NCBI GenBank assembly: GCA_964016885.1
Contig: OZ024740.1
Location: 370,388,001 to 370,452,000 of the forward strand
Direction: 5' to 3'
Length of the DNA: 64,000 bases
Origin: Eledone cirrhosa
Taxonomy: Eukaryota
Every line of letters starts with the position of its first letter. The first letter of the stretch is position 1. A model generated the notes under the pieces. The model had not been told where the DNA came from. It saw only the letters and a program-made list of their open reading frames with translations, and searched no databases. Both the position numbers and the translations under genes were made by a program. This document shows positions 55,060 through 64,000 of the stretch, in pieces.

Positions 55060-56430
55060 ATGGTGGCTGCCAACTCGTTTTCGAGTACGGCCACTACTTT
55101 ATATCCATGTAGGAGAACCCCTACCGATGCGCTGAACGAGTGTGACTTTTTAGTCCAGCCAGCGACTTGAAAACTCTGGTACAAACACTACACTTGTGAC
55201 AATTATTGACACATAGTGCTTTACTTTTGGTACCATGTGACGACAAGTGCAGATAGATCTCCAGATACAAAGCAATGCCTGTGCCGTGAAGCATTTATAG
55301 TGAGAAAAGGCACTGCACAAAGCCAGTCCCACTCTCTTAACCAAGATGATATTTACCAAAAAGAAGAACAAGTCAACATCATTGGATACCATCAGGGTTG
55401 CAGGTGTTATATCAGAGTTTTCCTTCTCCTAGAATTCTGCCTTGACAAAGGCTAAGTGGTCATCTCTCGCAGTGATTTTGGATGGCCATTGACTCTTAAG
55501 AGCTCCTTTGCCCTTTGACAGGTTTTGTTTTTAGTCCTGCAGGATGTCCAAAGTCACCCTCCTCACCAAGAAACCTTGGTGGGGTTGCCAGTTTAGTCGC
55601 CAACGACCCGACCATGAGACAGGTTGTACTGGGATACATGTTACCAGTAGCACCAAGTGGTGACCTGACATACATACATACATACATACATACATACATA
55701 CATACATACATACATACATACATACATACATACATACATGCATGCATGCATACATGCATACATACATACATACATACATACATACATACATACATACATA
55801 CATACATACATACATACATACATACATACATACATGGTGGCTGCCAACTCGTTTTCGAGAACCGCCACTACTTTATATCCATGTAGGAGAACCCCTACCG
55901 ATGCGCTGAACGAGTGTGACTTTTTAATCCAGCCAGCGACTTGAAAACTCTGGTACAAACACTACACTTGTTACAAGTATTGTCACATAGTGCTGGGCCC
56001 AGGTACCATGTGACGACAAGTGCAGAGAGATCTCCAGATATAAAGCAATGCCTGTGCCGTGAAGCTTTCAGTGAGCAAAGGCACTGCACAAAGCCAGTCC
56101 CACTCATTACTTGTTACAAGTATTGTCACATAGTGCTGGGCTCAGGTACCATGTGACGACAAGTGCAGAGAGATCTCCAGATATAAATCAATGCCTGTGC
56201 CGTGAAGCTTTTACAGTGAGCAAAGGCACTGCACAAAGCCAGTCCCACTCTCTTAACCAAGATGATATTTACCAAAAAGAAGAACAAGTCAACATCATTG
56301 GATACCATCAGGGTTGCAGGTGTTATATCAGAGTTTTCCTTCTCCTAGAATTCTGCCTTGACAAAGGCTAAGGGGTCATCTCTCCCGGTGATTTTGGATG
56401 ACCATTGACTCTTAGGAGGTCCTTTGCCCT
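55060..56430 (-). mobile_element. Two tandem copies of family B (55060-55670, 55834-56430) separated by (CATA)n
   Basis: Both begin ATGGTGGCTGCCAACTCG on the plus strand. The second has an internal ~144 bp duplication and is truncated. Confidence 0.85.
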
Positions 56431-56555
56431 TATATATACATATATATATACATATATATATACATATACATATACATATATATATACATATATATATACA
56501 TATATATATATATATACATACACATATATATATATACACATATATACATACATAC

Positions 56556-56622
<67 letters not shown>

Positions 56623-56646
56623 CATATATATATACATATACACATA

Positions 56647-56700
<54 letters not shown>

Positions 56701-56718
56701 CATATATATATATGTATA

Positions 56719-57490
56719 TATATTTATTAAAATAACAGATTAAAGTTTAAGCAAAGAATCGCTGCTTTTTTAATTAATTAATTAATTAATTAATTAATTA
56801 TTTATTTATTTGTACACAAGCATACACACACAAACATATTTATATGTGCGTGGTTTTGTATACCCATGGTAAGGTTTTGCGTATGCTTGTGTATGTACGT
56901 ATCTGTTTGCGTGTATGTATTTATTTGTTTCTATTACTTCTGTATTGTATTTATTTACTTTGTTCTTAACTCTGTAGCGGAGATTCATTTGGTCTCCTAG
57001 TTAGAATTTTAGTCTACGATTTCTGCTATACCATTTACGTGGTTTTGTCTTTGCGTGCTATTGTTCTCCACGCTCCACATACGACTTATTATCTTCGTTT
57101 TTTCGTTCATTGCCAGAGAACGTCTCTATGCACCACCTAAGAGAACATTAGTCTACGACCTCTTTTATACCATAAACGTGGTTTTGTCTTTTCACCGCTC
57201 CTATTAATGACGTATTATTCGTTTTTTCCCGTTCTTTGCCAGCGAACGTTACCACGAACCAAAGTATCGTCTTCCTGTCTTCCTCCGGTTGCAACGTTTT
57301 TTGAAATATCCAGTTCTGCGTTTACAGATTGACTTTGTTAGTTTCAGAAGATCCCGTTAAGGGTGAAAGCAGCGATTCTTTGCTTAAACTTTAATCTGTT
57401 ATTTTAATAAATATTTGCTCTACGGTTCTTATATATTTGATATATATTTTCCTTATCGAGCCATCTTTGGATTTAGTCTTCAATTTTATT
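56719..57490. mobile_element. Non-coding element with 50 bp inverted arms (56719-56768 / 57366-57414) and an HHR at 57340-57390 (+)
   Basis: AGTTT-CAGAAGA-TCCC(GTTAA)GGGT-GAAAGCA..TGCTT-AAACT. Confidence 0.75.
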
Positions 57491-57850
57491 ATTATTACTA
57501 TTATTATTATTACTATATGTATATATATATATATATGTATACATACACATATATATATATATATACACATATACACATATATACACACATACATATATAT
57601 ACATATACACATATACATATTTATATACATACATATACATATATATATATATATATAGATACATATATATACACATATATATATATATATAAATATATAT
57701 ATATACATACATACACATATATACATATATATATATATATACATATATATATACATACATATACACATATATACATATATATATATGTATACATATATAT
57801 ATATACATATATACATATAGATATACATATATATATACATATATATACAC

Positions 57851-57897
<47 letters not shown>

Positions 57898-57964
57898 GAT
57901 ATACACATATATACACATATATATATATGTATATACATATATATATATATATATACATATATAT

Positions 57965-58560
57965 ATGGTGGCTGCCAACTCGTATTCGAGTACGGCCACT
58001 ACTTTATATCCATGTAGAAGAACCCCTACCGATGCGCTGAACGAGTGTGACTTTTTATTCCAGCCAGCGACTTGAAAACTCTGGTACAAACACTAAACTT
58101 GTGACAATTATTGACATATAGTGCTGGGCCCATGGTACCATGTGACGACAAGTGCAGAGAGATCTCCAGATATAAAGCAATGCCTGTGCCGTGAAGCTTT
58201 CAGTGAGCAAAGGCACTGCACAAAGCCAGTCCCACTCATTAACGAAGATGATATTTACCAAAAAGAAGAACATGTCAACATCATTGGATACCATCAGAGT
58301 TTTCCTTCTAGAATTCTGCCTTGACAAAGGCTAAGGGGTTATCTCTCCCGGTGATTTTGGAAGGGCATTGACTCTTAAGAGCTCATTTGCCCTTTGACAG
58401 GTTTTATTTTTAGTCCTGCAGGATGTCCAAAGTCACCCTCCTCACCAAGAAACCTTGGTGGGGTTGCCAGTTTAGTCGCCAACGACACGACCATGAGACA
58501 GGTTATACTGGGATACATGTTACCAGTAGCACCAACTGGTGATGTGATATAATCTGACAT
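57965..58560 (-). mobile_element. Family B copy
   Basis: Near-identical to 55060-55670. Confidence 0.85.
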
Positions 58561-58635
58561 ACATACATACATACATACATACATACATACATACATACAT
58601 ACATACATACATACATACATACATACATACATACA

Positions 58636-61001
58636 TCAGAATGGTTGACATTAGCACAAACGTTGCTGGTCCCCAAGAACAAAGACACCCACTTGGCAAA
58701 AACTACCGACCCATTGCATGACAGAACCTGATGTATAAGATGTATACAGCCTGCCTGCACCTATTCCCCCAAGATCACTGTGAAAATAATAACATCATCA
58801 TAGATGAACAAGCAGCTGGAAAGAAAGGGGTTTGGGGATGTGCTGAACAACTCCTAATCAACAAAACTGCGATGTCGGAGGTGCGAGAACTTAGGAGGAA
58901 TATGACTACAGTCTGGCTGGACTACAGGAAAGTTTTTGATTCTGTTCCCCACTCTTGGATGATAGAAGCCCTCCAACTTGCTAAAGTCCCAAACATTATT
59001 GTCAGAACCATAGAAAGGCTGTCTTCTTCTTCCGCTACTATCCTAAGGTTAAAGACAGAGAGGGCAGACTCTATTTTCACTGATAAAATAAAATATTGCA
59101 GGGGTATATTTCAGGGCAACAGTCTCTCTGTGATATTATTCATCTTGTCATTAAACCCCTTGTCTCTTCTGCTCAAGAAATGTGAGGGATACATCATTGG
59201 CTCACAGGAGGACAGAAATACGAACCTAACCCATAATTTCTTTGTGAACGATCTGAAACTCTATGTCAAGAACATGGATGGGATGAAGAAAAATCTTGAC
59301 CTGGTTACAACCTTCTCAAAGGATATAGGAATGGAGTTTGGACAAGATAAATGCTCATACATGACTGTAAAAGGGGAAAAACAACAATCCAATCTAGCAA
59401 CATTGTCATCAATGGCCTAACTGTTTCACCGATATCTGATAAGGACTGCTACAGATACCTGGGGATAGATAACAACATATCCTATGTTATCTGTAATAAA
59501 GAACGCGTAACCAAGGAATACTATACCCGATTAAGAAAGATCTGGTCATCGGAACTCTCTGCGCAAAACAAAACAGTGGCTCTCAATGTGTTTGCTGTGT
59601 TTTCTCTAACACCAACGTTTGGAATACTCAATTGGACGATAGACGGAATCCGAGCAGTTGATGTTGGAACTCGAAAAATACTGAACAACACCGGAAACTT
59701 CCACATCAACAGTGACATAGACCGCCTTTACTTGAAACGTAAGCAGAGAGGTGGAGGCCTAACATCAGTCCAAACAATATTTGAATGTCGCATCATATCT
59801 CTCCGACAACATCTACGAACCTCGAAGCGTAGGAGCCCGTTTCTCGAGCAAGTCTATATGCATGAAACAGATAAGATTATGAGAGTTGGGAAGCAACTGC
59901 TCGAGAGGTATTCCCTGTGTGATAATCAAAAACTCACACCCTGGGATGTCGCTCAGCAGTATCGCAGTGAATCCATGGATGAAAAACTGCATGCCTATCA
60001 GCAAAAAAATCATGCATGGATATGTTGCCAGGAAGCTCCAGAGTGAGAGTAATATAGATAAGGAAAGTAGTCTATCTTGGACCAACAACCACTATATTGG
60101 CTCCCACTTTGAAGGATACGCTTTTGCAATCCAAGAACAGGAGATTAGCACGAAATACCTGATTCACAAAAGAGATAGGGATGCAGTCAAAACACCTAGA
60201 TGTGATAACAAGTGCAGACTCTTCAGAACTAACATCGAGGATATCACCCATGTCATCAGCAGCTGTCCAAAGATATCATCGCGGTACTATCTACCTATGA
60301 AGCATTATGTAGTGGCCAAAACACTGTACAATGCAGTTCGTAAAAAATATAGTCCCGATAATAATCACATTAAAAGCTACAGCAATGTGGAAGACATCCA
60401 TGTACATAATATGAAAGAGTATTGGTGGAATGTTCCAGTAAAAACCCCAATAAAATGCAGGTATAACAGACCAGATATTATGATATGGGAGAGGGAGAAG
60501 AAAGCATACACAGTAGTGGAAATTAGTTGCCCAGCAAATGCCAATATAATATCAAAGATTAGTGAAAAGGAGAACATTTATGCAAAACTGATGAGAAATC
60601 TGCAGATACTCTGCAGATACTCCACCCTGATTTATGCCTGTGATTATTGGGGCACTGTGATATGTTAGTAACTACCTCAATACAAATATTGAGAAGCTAG
60701 GCTTCACAGGAACAGAAAGAACACAACTAGTTAGGAAATTACAAGTACAATCCATTAATGGAACAGTAAAAATATGTAAGACATTCCAAAAATTGTGCAT
60801 CTAATAACTGCAAATACACATATACAGATGCAAAGCATATACACATGCACACATACAATAACATCCATATCTACACATGCATGCATACATACAGGTATGT
60901 ATGTATGTTGTGTAAATTCCAATGAGAGAGTCTTGTGTCTATGTTAGAAACCGACTCTCTCTCTATTGGTAAAACTTTGTGAAATTATAAAACCAGAAGA
61001 G
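58636..61001 (+). mobile_element. 5'-truncated R4/Dong-like RLE LINE inserted in (CATA)n
   Basis: EQAAGKKGVWGCAEQLLINK, WLDYRKVFDSVPH, RGIFQGNSLS, THNFFVNDLKLY, YRYLGI, DRLYLKRKQRGGGL, CRL..EDITHVISSC (CCHC-like), NRPDIMI..VEISCP (RLE). Confidence 0.92.
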
Positions 61002-61940
61002 CATACATACATTCACACACATACATACATGCATACATACCAATAACTTAGCTGAAACCCATACCTCTATTGTACAAACAGAAGAACACCGAAAACTTCT
61101 GGATACCTTACAAATGATTTGGGGTGATATATTTCAAAAGGTTCACAACCTTATTTTGAGTGCCATGCCATAGAGGTCCAGTACAACGAAAGAACCCAGT
61201 AAATAAAAATAGAGGTAGTAAAGGAAATAGCTGAAATTTCATAAGCTACAAATGGCAGCGATATCTGGAACTTTCAAAGTCTGTAAAACATTCTTACGAT
61301 TCAAAAGAGGAACACTTACACAATTTTCTTTTTTTTACAACCTTGTCACCAGGAAGGTGGCCGGTCAAAATATACTCAAAATTAGGAGGGAGACAAAATG
61401 CATACATACATACATACATGCATACAAACATATGTACGTACGTACGTATGCATGTACACGCACACACATGACGGTGTGCTGTGGGATCGATTATAATCCC
61501 CGTGATTGCAAAGGAAATTATATAACCCCGCAGCGATACCATCGCCCATTTAAAATGGAGCATTTTTTTTTTATCTATCATCTGCGTATTTTGAAAATAT
61601 CCTATAAACCCGACTAGGTATAATCATTGCTTGTCAAAACATAGATTTTACAATAACATGGCGAACTAAATCATTACTTGGATTACCAGGAAGTAAAGAG
61701 TTAAAATAGTAGAACATTGGGATAAATAACATTTTTGTATTTATTGTAGCCATCTTATTCGGTGTTTAAATCCCGTTAATAATCATGAATTAACTAACAG
61801 TGCTACACTAAGGTTGATTAAGACAAAGCATACAATATTTCCCTATAAAATTTGTCTTTTTACCTAGATGGTAAACAAATCAATTTGTACAAATCTTTCT
61901 CAACTCAAATATGATTAAGTTCTCTATAACATTGAGTAGT

Positions 61941-61975
<35 letters not shown>

Positions 61976-62510
61976 GTGTGTTTGTACACAGACACACACA
62001 CACACACACACATATACACACGCACACACACAGACATATATATATATATAATTGCATAGAGTAAAGTGTATAAATGTAGATATACGTATGTTTCGACACA
62101 CAAAGTCAGTCAGAAACTCATACTTGCTTGTATGAAAGTGCTTGCATGTGTGTATACACGATCAACCATCCATGAATTGATCATTCTTTATCTCAATGAA
62201 ATTCAATTAATTTGATATGTGAATCCTTGCAAGTATCTGTTTGATGGTGATCGTGTGAAGAATGACATCAACGAAGTAGGAAAGCTTTTATTTGAGGTCA
62301 ATAAAGAAGTAATGAAGTAAATAAATCAAATAACGTTGTTCTTCAGTCACATGTCATCGCTGTTCCACTTTAAAATGAACTGTCAAAGACAGAGTGGAAA
62401 ATGAATTGTGAGTAAAGCAGAAACAGATAATGACGAACGGACGACATTTTAGCTTTCTTATATGTATACAGGCGTATACATTTCTTCAAATAGCCTGACA
62501 GACTGATTGG

Positions 62511-62548
<38 letters not shown>

Positions 62549-62573
62549 CGTGTGTGTGTGTTTGTGTGTGTAT

Positions 62574-62648
<75 letters not shown>

Positions 62649-62665
62649 GTGTGTGTTTGTGTGTG

Positions 62666-62761
<96 letters not shown>

Positions 62762-62959
62762 GTATATCTATATGAGTGAGTGTATGTGTGTGTGTATGTA
62801 TGAGTATTTTGTATATCTCTAGGTTTTGAGAATTGTCATCACCTGACATTTTCTCGTACATAAGTGACATTAATATGACCTTTTAGCCCCTCAAGGACCT
62901 AGATTCCTTTCTGCATATGCTGCAGCGAAAGGAAAAAGAAAAACCATGTTTCACGCATC

Positions 62960-63720
62960 ACACGCGTGCTATGTTTGAAGCTTTTTTAAGTGAAGTAAAA
63001 CTTGCAATATTCTGAACAAGCAATGCTTGTGCTTTGAATGTTTTTTAAGTGAGGAAAGGTGTTGCACTCGACCAATCCCACTCTCTGGGCGTCTAAAATA
63101 CTACCCGAGAAGGAGAACTGTTCAATATCATCGGATGCTTCCGAAGCCGCAGGTTTTTTTTTCAGAGTTTCCTTCTTCTAGAAACGTATTGTGATGACAA
63201 CAACTGGAGGCCTTTCACTCCCAGGTGAAAAAAGAAAGTACTATTTGGATGGCAGTTGACTCTGTCGAGTTGCTCCGCCCTTTGCCGGGTCTTGTATTTG
63301 ATCCTGCAGGATGTCCAAATATCACCCTCCTCACCAAGCAAGCTTGGTGGGGTTGCCGGTTTAGACGCCGACGACCCGACCATGAGACAGGTTGTACTAG
63401 GTTACATGTTTCCAGTAGCACTCACGAGCAAACCTGACATACATATATACATACATACATGATAATGGCTGCCCCCTCGTTATTGCATGATATACCATTA
63501 TCAATTATTATTAATTAATTCTATCGTGCAATGATGTGAGGAAAGACTGTGCACTGAGCCAATCCCACTCTCTGAGCGACAGTAGCTATAACCCGAAAAA
63601 AAGAAAAGATCAACATCATCGGTAACTATTGAGCCGCAGGTTTTATATCGGAGTTATCCCAGTTTCCTGAGTTGCCTTCTCCTTGAAGAATGCCCTGACA
63701 AAGGCTAAGGCTCCTACACT
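62960..63720 (-). mobile_element. Two diverged family B copies (~62960-63438, ~63465-63720)
   Basis: CCAATCCCACTCTCTG, CCTTCT.CT.GAA, GATCCTGCAGGATGTCCAAATATCACCCTCCTCACCAAG; bounded by (CATA)n. Confidence 0.75.
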
Positions 63721-64000
63721 CCCAGTGGTTTAACCGCGCGATCGGGTGTCCAGCCCGACTATTTCTATGTCCCCGCGCATATTCATACATATGCACCCAT
63801 GTATATACACATATACATATACATACATATGTACATGTGTATATACATGTGTATATACATATTTACACACTTTTGGATGGCCGTTGACTCTTATGAGTTC
63901 TTCCGTCCTCTGTCATACATACATACATACATAGATACATACATACATACATACATACATACATACATACATACATACATACATACATACATACATACAC

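Noticed and set aside
55540-55670. Twister or HDV-like ribozyme in family B
   Set aside because: Only partial pairings (CCAGT/ACTGG, GTCG/CGAC); the required pseudoknots could not be assembled by eye.

Overview
AT-rich, microsatellite-saturated eukaryotic DNA with no recognisable host exon. The repeat content suggests a cephalopod (Octopus-like) intergenic or intronic region; this is an inference. Nearly all non-microsatellite sequence is decayed mobile DNA. There are three Penelope-like retroelements (PLEs): two Naiad-type and one with long inverted pLTRs. Also present are an internally deleted Helitron with both termini intact, R4/Dong-like restriction-endonuclease LINEs, Tx1/L1 and CR1-group fragments, Chapaev3-like, hATm-like and mariner-like relics, more than 10 copies of a tRNA-derived SINE, and an RTE-5'UTR-like element embedded in (CATA)n. 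The main unexpected signal, found by eye, is about 15 type-I hammerhead ribozyme (HHR) motifs in several unrelated families. About 5 look intact. Most lie in short non-coding modules inserted in or next to (TA)n tracts, often with a fold-back inverted duplication that breaks inside the ribozyme. Several share a U.U pair at the base of stem II, one family shows a U3-A8 core covariation, and one tandem module carries a tRNA-like cloverleaf. Most ORFs in the supplied track are microsatellite translations.
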